Shown here in pieces: positions 21,941 through 32,996 of a stretch of 64,000 nt of DNA. The number at the start of each line of letters is the position of its first letter. The first letter of the stretch is position 1. Under the pieces are notes generated by a model. That model was not told where the DNA came from and made no database searches. It was given only the letters and a program-made list of their open reading frames with translations. The position numbers and the translations under genes were made by a program. Origin of the DNA: Cyanophora paradoxa CCMP329 (Eukaryota; Plantae; Glaucophyta); NCBI GenBank assembly GCA_004431415.1, contig QPMI01000186.1, positions 120,736 to 184,735 of the forward strand, in the 5' to 3' direction.

Positions 21941-24520
21941 ATGAGCAGCGCGGAGACGGTCCTGTTCAGCCACGAGCCGGTGGAGGTGGACGCCCCCAAC
22001 GTACGGTACACCCCCGATGAGATCGTCTCGACGTACGACTACTCCTCGACTGAGGCCAAGATCGTGGGTGGCAAGCTCTCCGTACGGCCCCTCACGCGCA
22101 AGTACACGTTCCGGACCAAGCGGCGAGTGCCCAGGCTGGGGTGCGTGCGCCGGCCTCGTTGATCCCCAGTCGCCGGTGCGCGCGCTCAGGGCGCGGCGCA
22201 GCTGCATGCTGGTCGGATGGGGCGGCAACAACGGCAGCACGATGACGGCGGCCGTGGTCGCCAACCGCGAGTGCGCGCCGCAGCGCCTCGCGCCGCTCCG
22301 CTCCCTGAGCGCCCCGCGCGCCTCCGGTCCCGCAGGAAGATCAGCTGGAAGATCCGCACGGGCACGGACCACCCGGACTACCTCGGCTCGCTCACGCAGG
22401 CGAGCGTGGTCCGGATCGGCTGCCACGAGGGCAAGGACGTCTTCGTGCCCATGCGCAACCTGCTCCCGATGGTGCCCGCCCGCCCGCCCCGCCCCTCCCC
22501 GCCGGCGCGCGCCCGAGGCGCGCCGCAGGTGGACCCGAACGACCTGGTGCTGGGCGGATGGGACATCTCGAAGATGAACCTCCACGCCTCCCTCGAGCGG
22601 TGCCGCCGCCCCCGCCGGCGCCGCCGCCGGGGCGCCGGCGGGGGCGAGCGGGGCGGGGGCAGGGCGGGGGTGCTGGAGCCGGACCTGGTGAGGCAGCTGA
22701 GGCCGTGGATGGAGGCGATGGTGCCCCTGCCGGCGTCTACAGCGCCGAGTTCATCGCCGAGAACCAGGTCCGCCGCCCCGCCGCCCCGCCCCGCCCCGCC
22801 CCGCCCGCGCCCACGCCGCCGCCGCGCGCTCAGGGCGACCGCGCGGACAACGTGATCGCGGGACGAAGCAGCAGCAGCTGGAGCGCGTCCGCGCGGACAT
22901 CCGGTGCGGCCCCGCCGGCCCCGCCGCCGCCCCGGGGGCGCCTCACCGGGGCGCCCGCCGCGCAGGGAGTTCAAGAAGGCGAAGGGCCTGGACAAGGTGA
23001 TCGTCATGTGGACGGCCAACTCGGAGCGCTACAGCGAGATCAAGGCGAGCCGCCCGGCCGGCCCGACCCCGCCCCCCCGCGCACCCCGGCCCGGCCCGGC
23101 CCGACGCGGGCGGGCGGGCGCGCGCAGGCGGGCCTGAACGACACGGCGGACAACCTGCTGGCGGCCATCGCCCGCGACGAGAAGGAGGCGCGGGGGAGCG
23201 GGGCGGGGGCGGGCGGGGCTGACGCGGGGCGGGCGGGGCAGGTGTCGCCGTCGACGGTGTACGCGGTGGCCTCCGTCCTCGAGGGCTGCACCTACATCAA
23301 CGGGGCGCCCCAGAACACCCTCGTCCCCGGCGCCCTCGAGCTCGCCACCCGCCACAAGGCCCGGCCCCCGCCCCGCCCCGAGCGCCGGCCCCGGCGCCGA
23401 GCGCGGCCTCGGGCGCGGGCCCCCGCAGGTGTTCGTGGCGGGGGACGACTTCAAGAGCGGGCAGACGAAGATGAAGAGCGTCCTCGTCGACTACTTCGTC
23501 TCCGCCGGCATCAAGGCGCCGTCCCCGCCCCCCGGCCCCCCCGGGCGGCGCTGAGGGGACCAACGCGGGCTCAGGTGGAGACGATGGTGACGTACAACCA
23601 CCTCGGCAACAACGACATGAAGCAGCTCACGGACAAGGTCCGGCGCGCCCTCCCCCCGCCCCTCTCCTCGCCTCACCCCTCGCGCCCGCGCGCAGGTCAT
23701 GTGGCGCCCCAAGGAGGCGTCCAAGTCCCGCGTGCGCCCCCTCCTCCGCCGCCCTTCGCCGCCCCCGGCGGGCCCCTGAGGGCCTCCCCCGCCAGGTGAT
23801 CGAGGACATCGTGGACTCGAACCGGCTGCTCTACGCGCCGGGCGAGCGCCCCGACCACGTCGTCGTCGTCAAGGCCCGCCCCGCCCCGCCCCGCCCCGAT
23901 TCACCCGCCCCGCCCCCGCCCCCTCCGAGCGCCTTCGCCCGCAGTACGTGCCCTTCCTCGGCGACTCCAAGCGCGACGTCTCCGAGTACACCTCGAGGCG
24001 CGCGCGTGCCCGGGCCCCTGCGCCCCGCGCCCCCACGTGACCGAGCTCGCGGGGCAGGGTGTTCATGGGGGGCCACCACACGATGATCATGCACAACGAG
24101 TGCCTGGACTCGCTGCTGTGCGCGCCCCTCATGGTCGACCTCCTCGTCCTCGGCGAGCTCCTCGAGCGCATCGCCTGGCGCACCGGCCCGCCCCGCCCCC
24201 GCCTCCGCCCCGCCCCCTCGCCCCTTCGCCTCCCGGCTGACGCGGGCGGGGCCCGGGGGCGCAGAGGAGATGCCGGAGTTCGAGCGCTTCCACCCCATCG
24301 TCTCGGCCTTTGGCTACTACATGAAGATCCCCCTCGTGCCTCAGGCGCTTCCCCCGGCCCCCCTCGTTGCCCCCCGCCCCCGCTCACGCCCCCGCAGGGC
24401 ACGCAGGTCGTGAACGCGCTGGCGCGGCAGCGCGCCTGCATCGAAAACATGCTGCGCGCCTGCATCGGCCTGCCCCCGGAGAACTCCATGCTCCTCGAGA
24501 ACAAGTGCATCCGCCCCTGA
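21941..24520 (+). CDS. INO1: myo-inositol-1-phosphate synthase (MIPS), 17 exons; two single-base frameshifts, probably sequence errors
   Basis: [86 protein letters not shown]. Confidence 0.95.
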
Positions 24521-24765
24521 GGCGCCCCGCGCCCCGCGCCCCCGCTCCAGGACGCCCCCACGCCCCTCCTCCTCCATTCGCCAGTGCCCCCTTCTCCAGT
24601 GCCCCCTTCTCCGGTGCCCCCTTCCCTGAGCACGCGCGGTTGCATCAAGTGCACCCGCGTCTACGCGCTGTTCCTTTCGAGTTCGAGCTCTCTCGCCGGA
24701 GGGGGCGGGGGCCGGGGCGGGGCCCGGGGCGGCGGGCTTGTTTGCGGACGCGTGCGAGGGGCCCC

Positions 24766-26652
24766 TCACTTTTCGAGGTCGATGTCCTCGATGTCCATGT
24801 CCTCCACCGGCACGTCCTGCGGGGCGCGCCCCCGCGTGAGCCAGAGGCCGGCCGCAGAGCGCCCGGGGCGGGGAGGGGCCCGAGGCGGCGTGGGGCTGAC
24901 GCGGCGGGGCGCCTCCTCGTGGGCGGGGGGCGGGGCCGGGGCGCACGCGCTCGTCGAGGCCGAGGAGGACGCCGGCCTCGGCGTCCTCGTCCACCTCGAA
25001 CTCCCCTGCCCCGCCCCCGTCAGCATCGGCGCAGCGGGCCCAGAGGGGCGCCCCGCGCACCCGAGTCCTCCTCCTCCGCGTCCGTCAGCTCGTCGATGAT
25101 CCCTGCCCCGCGTGAGGCGCGCGGGGCCGGCGGGGCGGGGCGGGGGGCGGGGGCGGGCACCGGCCTCGGCGGCCTCGGCGCGGGTGGCCGGGGGGAAGCG
25201 GCCGGCCCCGCCCTCCTCCTCCTCCTCCTCCTCCTCGAAGTCCTCGTCGTCATCCGGCTCCGCCAGCATCTGAGGGGGGGGTACGCCGTCAGGCGGGAGG
25301 TGGGGGCTGGGGCTGGGTGGCCGGCGCGGCTCGCCTCGACCTGGCGGCGCTTCCAGGTGGTGCCGTGGAGGCGGTCCCGCTCCTCCGCCTCCCGGTCGGC
25401 GGGGATGAGCCACATCGTGTCCTCCAGGTAGCTGCCCCCCGCCCCCCCGGCTCGCCGCCCGGCCCCGCGGCGGCCCCGGCGCCGCCCCCGCACTCACATC
25501 CAGCCGGTCTCGTCGTCGATGTGCCAGCATGGGTCGCCCGTCTCCGCCGTCCCCTGCGCCCGGGGTGAGCGTGGGCGGGGGCGCAGGGCGGGGGCGGCGC
25601 GGGCCCGCTCGTCCTCGTAGATCTGGTGCTCGTCGAACCAGATGGCGACCATCTCCTTGGAGTCGTCCAGGTAGCGCGACATCAGCCGGTGCGGCAGCTC
25701 CCCAACCTCCTCCGCTGCCCGCCCAGCCCCGCCTCAGCCCCGCCCCGCCCCGCCTCGCGCCCCCCGCGGAATCCCAGAGCGCGCACCCAGGAAGGCCGCC
25801 TCGACCTCGGCGCGGTCCCCGCGGAGGCGCAGGCGGATCACCTGCGCCGCGTCGGGGGCGGCGGCGCGGCGGGAGGGAGCAGAGGGGAGGACCCACCTCG
25901 CCCTCGCCGTAGCGCGGGTGCGAGATCGCCTCGCCGGGCAGTATGGAGCGCACGTAGTCGTGCGCCTCCGGCGCCGGCGGCCGCTGGTACTCCCTGAGAT
26001 CGTGCCGCGGTCAGCGAGGGCGCTAGCTGAGGGCAGGAACGGCAGCCGCCGCGCACTCTTGCCGCTTCGGCGTGAAAACCGCCACGTCATTGGACGGCTT
26101 GCCGGCTGCTGCGAACGCGAGCGTGCAAATCTCAGGTTGAGAGAAGCAGAGTGTATCACCCACGACCGGCCGGACGCACGAGGATCGAAATCCGGCTCGT
26201 CCATGCTCATGACAGGAGCCGCGATCCTCCTCGTGGATGCCCGCTTCGCGTAGCGGGGGCCAGAGAACGCGTCCGCGGACGGGCCGTGCTGGCCGCGCGA
26301 GCCCAGCCAGGAGCAGGCCGCGCTGCGCACGGAACACGCCGTGAGCACAGGAACCTCAGAAAGAGCGAAGTCCGGCAGAGGCAAGCGCCCCGAGGGCTCG
26401 GGGTCAGGCCGATCTCGATCGCAGGCGCACCGGGAAGAAACTGCGACAAAGGTGCGCCGCTCGCCGCGACGATGCTGCTCCTTCCGCTCAACCGCGCTCG
26501 CACGCACTTCGCGGGGGCGGGGTCAGTGGGGCCAGGATTTTAAGCGGCGCCGAAAGCGCACCGGGGGGCGCGGAGCATGCGGAGGATGTGCAAGGCGACG
26601 AGCCGGCCGCAAGGAAGCGCCCGGGGACGGGGGCGACGAAGCCCGGGGCCAT
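24766..26652 (-). CDS. Putative plastid-targeted protein with a PcrA/UvrD C-terminal Tudor-like domain and acidic tail
   Basis: Spliced MAPGFVAP..RRIAAPVMSMDE leader; PGEAISHPRYGEGEVIRLRLRGDRAEVEAAFLAEEVGELPHRLMSRY; D/E-rich C-terminus. Confidence 0.65.
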
Positions 26653-26951
26653 GTTGAACGGCAGTATGCTCTACCCCCCGAACGAGAGTCCCGGTGAGTC
26701 CGGCTGAGCCTCGAGCGGTTGCCGATCACGCGCCCAGTAGATACGATCAGCCGAACTTCGTTTGATTGCTTGACCGTCCGCCATTCGCAAACGGCGGTTG
26801 CTGGTTCGCGCCCGCCCCCAGCTGCAAGGGTCTCCGAAACGGTTGTTGCTGCTACCGTATTTCCTTTGACTAACGTACAACCTCTTCAGCTTCCGCGGGG
26901 CGGAGGCGCACGTGGCGCATCGGACGAGGCGGTGGAGCCCCGGACACAGCG

Positions 26952-27984
26952 ATGCAAGGGCACGCGGCAGAAGCTGATCGCTACGCTGCGTCTCGCCTGA
27001 TCTGCCGCGTACGCAGGGGTCCGCGGGCCGACGACGCGGACGACGCTGAGTGCTTCGGCGTCGAGGAGGAGATCGAGGAGATGGAGGAGGAGGAGGTGGA
27101 GGAGCACGAGGAGCTGCTCGACGACCGGCCCATGAAGGCGAGCGAGCCGGCTGCCTGAGCCCAGCGCCTTGTCCGGCCGGCCCGAGCGCGCCCCGAGCGG
27201 TCCGGGGCCGGCGGGGCAGATCACGGAGGGGGTCTTCCTGGGGTCGTGGGAGGCGGCGCAGAACGTGGCGGCGCTGCGCGAGGCCGGCTGCACGCACATC
27301 CTCACCGTCGCGCGGGGCCTCCGCCCGCCCCACCCTGGCTTCAGCCTCCACACCATCGACATCGAGGACGACGTGCGCCTCGCCGCGCCCCGCCCGCCCC
27401 TCGCTTCCCCCTCCCGAGCCGGACGCTGGCGCCCCAGACGGACCAGAACCTCCTCGAGCACCTGCCCGCCTGCATGTCCTTCATCCGCGCCGCCCGCGCC
27501 GGCGGCGGCGCCATCCTCGTTCACTGGTGCCCCTCTCTCTCGGCCCGCCGCGACGGCCCTTAAGTCGTGCTTCCCTCCCCCAGCCTCGCCGGGGTCTCCC
27601 GCTCCGCCTCCGTCGTTATCGCTTTCTTGGTACCGCCCTTCTTCCCCGCCCCGGGCACGCGTACCCCGCCATCGGCCTTACGCCCTTGCCCCCGGCAGAT
27701 GCAGGAGAGGGGCATGTCCCTCAACGATGCGTTCAACCACGTCCGGGAGGTGAGCGGACCCCTTGAACGGTACCCAAGCCCCTTGAGCGACGCGGCGAGG
27801 GGGCGGGCAGGTGCGGCCGTGGGTGAGCCCCAACCCGTCCTTCATCCACCAGCTGCGCCTCTTCGAGCTCGCCGGCTGCGACTGCGCCCGCGCCATCGCC
27901 GCCGCCGCCACCGTCGCCGCCGCCGCTGGGCTCCCTTCCGTCGCCGGCCGCGGCGGAGGCACGGCCCCCGCGGCGCCCTCCTGA
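26952..27984 (+). CDS. Dual-specificity protein phosphatase; start uncertain
   Basis: ITEGVFLGS..THILTVA..IEDD..ILVHCLAGVSRSASVVIAFL..VRPWVSPNPSFIHQL. Confidence 0.92.
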
Positions 27985-27999
27985 GCCTTCCGAGTTTCA

Positions 28000-28570
28000 C
28001 TGCATGCGCAGTCTTAGGCTGGAGTAATCCAGAATACTAGTAGGCCATAGGTTAGCCCCTCAGATCTAGACGTAGTAGGCTAGATTGCGTATTGCGAGGC
28101 ACTTACCATATTGCACGTTTTGCGAGGTACACTGCGGCACAGACTGAGAACTTCTCGGAATATCATATCATAGTATGTGACAACTACTATGTGTCAACGT
28201 CATGCGATTCCGGATCCGATGATCATCGGATCGACTGTACATGTCGGACTCGATCGCGAGCTCGAGCAATCCCCCGAAGCGTACTGTATACGTACATGTG
28301 ACACGCCGTGACGTGCATGCCATGCCATGATGTGTCGACGTCATGCCATGATGATCCGATGATCGTGATAACTGAAAGTCGGACTCAATCGTGAGCGAGT
28401 TTCGAAGCCTTTAAATTTGAAGCGCTGCATCACCCGAGTCATGGTATGGCGAATGAAACGAGGGGCACTGCGGCAGGCCCCCCTTGCATTGATAATTAGA
28501 AAGAACACAACTGTGTGACAAGAGCCTGATAGCACACAAATGCAGATGCGAATAGGGTATAATTAAAACG
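28000..28570. other. AT-richer intergenic tract with palindromic micro-scars
   Basis: gatccgatgatcatcggatc 28213-28232, acgccgtgacg 28303, gcactgcggca 28465, tttaaattt 28410. Confidence 0.75.
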
Positions 28571-28682
28571 GGGCGCTCCGGGGCTCGCGGCGCCGTGGCC
28601 GGCCCGGCGACCTTCCCGTCGGCGAGCGCGGGAAGCAACGCCGGGGGACACGGCGCCACCGCCCGGAGCGGGTCCAACCAAG

Positions 28683-28712
28683 CTGCCTGCCTGCCTGCCT
28701 GCCTGCCTGCCT
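28683..28712 (+). repeat. (CTGC)n microsatellite in the 3' flank of the 4-TM gene
   Basis: ctgcctgcctgcctgcctgcctgcctgc. Confidence 0.9.
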
Positions 28713-28749
28713 ACGTGCGATCTGATGCAGATGCGCTGTACACTCCTCC

Positions 28750-30965
28750 TCAGACCTGCACGGCCGCCTCTCCCTCCTCGAGGTGCACGGGCACCGCGGG
28801 GATCGCCGCCTCCTCCCCCCCTCCCGCCGCCCCCTCCGGCCCCGCCGGCCCTGCCGCCTCAGCAGCCGCCGCCTCCACCTCCGGCGTCGCCTCCGGCGGG
28901 GTGGCAGGCTTTGCCGCCTCTGGCGAGGCCGACCGTTCGGGCTCTGGGGGGGTGGAGGGCTTGGCCTCCGGGGGGGTAGACGGCTTGGCCTCCGGAGGGG
29001 TAGACGGCCTGGCCTCCGGGGAGGCCGACCGTTCGGGCTCCGGGGGGGTAGACGGCCTGGCCTCTGGGGGGGTGGAGGGCTTGGCCTCCGGGGGGGTGGA
29101 GGGCTTGGCCTCCGGGGGGGAGGAGCGCTCGGGCTGGGGCGGGGTGGCGAGCCTCTGGGCGGGGGCGGTGCCGGGCCTAGAGGACTCGTAGTCGGGGATG
29201 TCGGGGGTGGGCCCCTCCACGCCCATGTCGAGGGACGAGGGGAAGGCCGACGTCGGCGCCGTCGCCGCCGCGAGCGAGCCCGGCGCTGGCGGGGCCGCCG
29301 GCGGGGTCACGCCCCGCCCCGCGCCGTCGCTCGGGTCCCGCGCCCCGTCGCCCTCCGCCTCCTCGGGCTCCGGGGCAGCGGGATCTGCTCGGCCAGGGCC
29401 CGCGCCGCCGCCGAGGGGGGCGCACGGCGGGGCCGGGGCGGCGACGGGGGCCCGCCGGGGCGCGGCGGCCCGGGGCGCGGGGATGTGCATGGGCGGCTGC
29501 TCGGGCTCGTCGTGCACGCGGCTGGGGCCGAGGTGCAGGCCCGACGACGGCTCCGCCACCGCCGGCTTCGCCCGCGGCCGGTACGCCGGGGGCCCGGGCC
29601 CAGCAGGTCGCGGCGCGCCGGCTTGAGCGGCTGGTCGCTCCAGGCGGTGCCCGGGAGCTTCACCGTCGGGGCCTCCTCCTCCTTGATCTGGCCGCGGCGT
29701 CGGGGCGGGGCGGGGCGGGGCGGGGGCGCGGGGTGGGGGCGGGGCGGGCGGACGGCGACGTCGCGGAGGACCTGGAACCAGAGGGCCGAGTTGTCCGCCG
29801 CCAGCACCTGCGCCCCCGCGCCCCTCAGCCGCCCCGCCCGCCCCGCCGAGGCGCCTCGGGGGAGGGGGCGGGGCAGACCCAGAGGAAGGCGGCGGCGGAG
29901 AGGCCGACGCTGGCGAGCTGGAGGGCGGCGCTGAAGCCGGGCCAGTGGGGGGCGAAGGAGGCGGCGGGGTTGGAGGCGCGGATGAAGTGGTCGAGGTCGA
30001 CGACGTACTTGCCCCGCCAGACGCCGACGAAGGCGGCGTGGCCGGCGAGGTTGAGCAGGGCCGAGGCCCGCACCACCCAGCGGTTGGGGTCCCGGTAGCG
30101 CCCCGCCCGCCGCACGACCAGCACCGCCATCACCACGCTCCAGACGTCGAGGGCGAGGCAGGCCGCGACGAGCACGTAGACGCCGATCGCGGCGTGGTAG
30201 AGGTTGTAGCAGCCGCCCTCGAAGAACGGCACCCGCGCCACGCGCGCCGCCGCCGCCGTCCCGAAGACGGAGGCGAGGCTGGGGAGGGGCGTGCCGCCCA
30301 CCTCCTTGTCCTTGCACTGGATCATCCCCGTGCTGATGTCCGTCGCGAAGGACCTGAAGTAGTAGTCCTCCGTGCGCCCTGCGCGCCGCCCCCGCCCCCT
30401 GCTCGGCCCCACGCGGCGCGGAGGGCGCCGCCGCCGGCGGGCAGCACAGGTCGCACCGGTGGTGTAGTCCGGGATGGCGACCGTCTGGTTGATGCGGTAC
30501 TCGATGCCCTGGAGGCCCGCGTACAGGTGGATGACAGTCTCAAGGAGCGCCAGTTGCTTCGGCTGGTACATGATCGTCTGCGAGGGCGAGAGGCGGCCAG
30601 GTTTCAGCGGGCGGAACGGTTCGCGAGGCAGGTGCGATTTCATCCCGGACCTGCAGCTCGGGCGAGCGGTACTTCTCGAGCACGCCCCAGTCGCGGGTCG
30701 TTATCGCGCAGAGCGAGAAGATGAAGGCGATTACGCTGAGCACGATCCACCTGCCGGGCCCGCCGTCAGCGGTCGCCCGGGGGGCGGCGCAGGCCTGGGG
30801 CCCACCCTTCGCCAAACTTTCGTGCCCTGCGCAGGTGGGAGGGAAGCCCCCACTCAGAATCACGGACCCGCCCGGGGCAGGATGCGGACGGACCTCAGCT
30901 TGACAAGCTGCCCCAGCATGAACTTGGCATGCGTTCTCCTGCCACGCTCGACGTCCCATGGCCAT
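28750..30965 (-). CDS. Four-TM membrane protein with claudin/PMP22-like topology and a Pro-rich cytosolic tail
   Basis: TM1 WIVLSVIAFIFSLCAITTRDW, a large loop with GL and two Cys, three more hydrophobic helices (IGVYVLVAACLAL, ASALLNLAGHAAFVGVW, GFSAALQLASVGLSAAAFL); one probable frameshift error near 29588. Confidence 0.6.
28900..29135 (-). repeat. 24-nt coding tandem repeat PPEAKPST with a 96-nt higher-order unit
   Basis: SPPEAKPSTPPEAKPSTPPEARPSTPPEPERSASPEARPSTPPEAKPSTPPEAKPSTPPEPERSASPE. Confidence 0.9.
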
Positions 30966-31365
30966 GCTCTTATCGCTGTGCCGAGCGTAAGGGTCGTTAG
31001 AGGGCAGATGGCCGGCAGATTGCCCACTGCTGGTGTTTGGGCCACTAGGGATCGGTCACGGATACACACCGTCCCAGTTCTCCTGTGGAGGCTTCACACC
31101 GACACCCATCCTTCAGGGCCTGCTTGAGGTGCCCGAGGGCGCGGCCGCTGATCCTCGGTCAGTTTGCAGGGTTTGCGGATGGAACAGCTTCTTCACAGTC
31201 TGTGACACGCACCAGCCGAGTCTGGATTGTTCAGAGCAGCTGGATCGGAAGCTAGCTTGGCAACAAAGTGTGAGACTCCTGTACCCCAGAAGGAACCTGA
31301 ATTCTCAAAAAAAAAGCCTCTCAGCGTCTCAGTGTCTTTCACATGGTCGTACGAGCGCGCGGAGC

Positions 31366-32798
31366 ATGGCTGATAGCATGGCGTGCCTGCTTCGGCCGTT
31401 CTGGCTCTCCGTGCCGCTTTGTGGTCGCGCTTTGTGGTCGCTTGACGCGGTCCGCCGCCTGCAGCTGCAGCTGCTGGTCATGCCGAACTTGAGGCGTGCG
31501 CGCCGGCGCACGCGCGAGCCCTGCACCTGACCTGGCCGCGCTCTTCGGCGTCGAAGCTCGAGGGCCAGCAGGAGCAGCCCGCGACCGTTACGCGCTACCC
31601 GCAGCGGCCGCAGCGGCCGAAGCCGGGCCGATCAGTAGCGAAGCTGCATCCGCGTCTCGTGAAGGAATTCGTCGTGGAACTCAACGGCTGCACGGCGCAC
31701 GAGGTCTCTTCGGCTAGCGGCTTTCGCGCGCATTGGCGATGCAGCAGCTGCGGGCATGCGTGGAAGGTGCGCCACCGCGCGATGCTTTCCTGCCGAAGCC
31801 GAGCCGCCCGCAGGCCGCTGTGAGCGCGAGGTGCCACCCAACGTGACCGGCGGGCTGCCCCATGTGCGCCCGGGAACTCAGGCTCTTGCCCCGGCCCGGC
31901 TTCCCCGCGCGGGGCGCCCCCTTAGAGCAGCGCGCGCTCCGCGCCCTCTATCCGAAGTTGGCGGAGGAGTGGGTGCACGAGTTGAACGGAGAGAGGACGC
32001 CCGACAACGTCTCGTACGGATCGACATTCAAGGCCTGGTGCGGAGCTGCGGCGCGCTACGGTGGCGCGGCGGCTGCTGCGGCCGAGCGCACGCTGCAGGT
32101 GGCGCTGCGCCTCGGGGCACACGTGGCAGACGGCCCTCGGCACGCGCACCAAGGGGCGCGCCTGCCCCTACTGCTGCCGCCAGGCCCTTTGCTTCGGCTG
32201 GTCGCCCCCCGCTCTTCGCGGGCTCAAGCGGCTCCTCAGAGCTGGGGCGTCTCCGAGGCGAACAGCCTCGCGAGCAGGTACCCCGCGGCCGAGGTGGCGG
32301 CGCAGTGGCACCCGACGCTCAACGGCGCGGCATCGCCGGAGGGCGTCCGCTGCAGCTCCCACCGCAAGCCCTGGTGGCTCTGCCCGCAGTGCTCGCACAC
32401 GTGGAGGGCCGTCGTGAAGACCCGCACCCTGGGCGGCAGCGGCTGCCCCGGCTGCGCTGGTTCGCCTCCCGCCCCTCCCCCTTGGAAGCCGCCCTCCCGC
32501 TCATGGCTACCGCCGGCAGGGGAGGCGGCCACGGAGCGGAACAGCGTCGCGGCGCTCAACCCGGCGCTGGCGGCCGAGCGGGACGGGGAGGCCAACGGCT
32601 CCCTCACCGCCGGCGACGTCACGCGCGTCTCGGCACGCAAAGTGGGGTGCGCGGCCGGCCCGCCCCCTCGGGCGGTCTCTGAGCGGCCCCAGGTGGAAGT
32701 GCGCGAGCTGCGGGCACCGCTGGAGGGCGACCGTCTCCTCGCGCTCGCGCGGCGGCAGTTGCCCACACTGCGCCAGGAGACGCGTCGACGTCACCTAG
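31366..32798 (+). CDS. Second treble-clef zinc-ribbon (DUF4379-like) repeat protein
   Basis: SVAKLHPRLVKEF..WRCSSCGHAWK, LYPKLAEEWVHELNGERTP, WWLCPQCSHTW..R..GSGCPGC, WKCASCGHRW..SCPHC. Confidence 0.8.
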
Positions 32799-32996
32799 AA
32801 GATGTGACTGCGCACAGCCGCCCAGCACGCCGCTTCCGCCGCCCAGAGCGCCGCTGCCGCCGCCCAGAGCGCTGCCGCCGCCGCCGCCTCGCCCGGCCCA
32901 TCCCCGGCCCCGTGCGAGGCCGCGTAGTGTCGGTCTGTGTGGTGCCTCTCCGAAGAGTGTGCAGATCTACAGCTACGCCTAACTCTATCCCCCCCG

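Noticed and set aside
22728-22864. Two -1 frameshifts in INO1 (about 22730 and 22861) suggesting a pseudogene or programmed frameshifting
   Set aside because: Both are single missing bases in short C/G runs. The same defect occurs in the GH27 gene (about 33664) and the 4-TM gene (about 29588), and there are no stop codons or decay, so long-read homopolymer error is more likely.
26650-26653. Overlapping divergent start codons in one CATG (Tudor-like gene and DUSP)
   Set aside because: The forward ATG cannot be confidently spliced to the DUSP frame; the donor near 26694 could belong to a 5' UTR intron.
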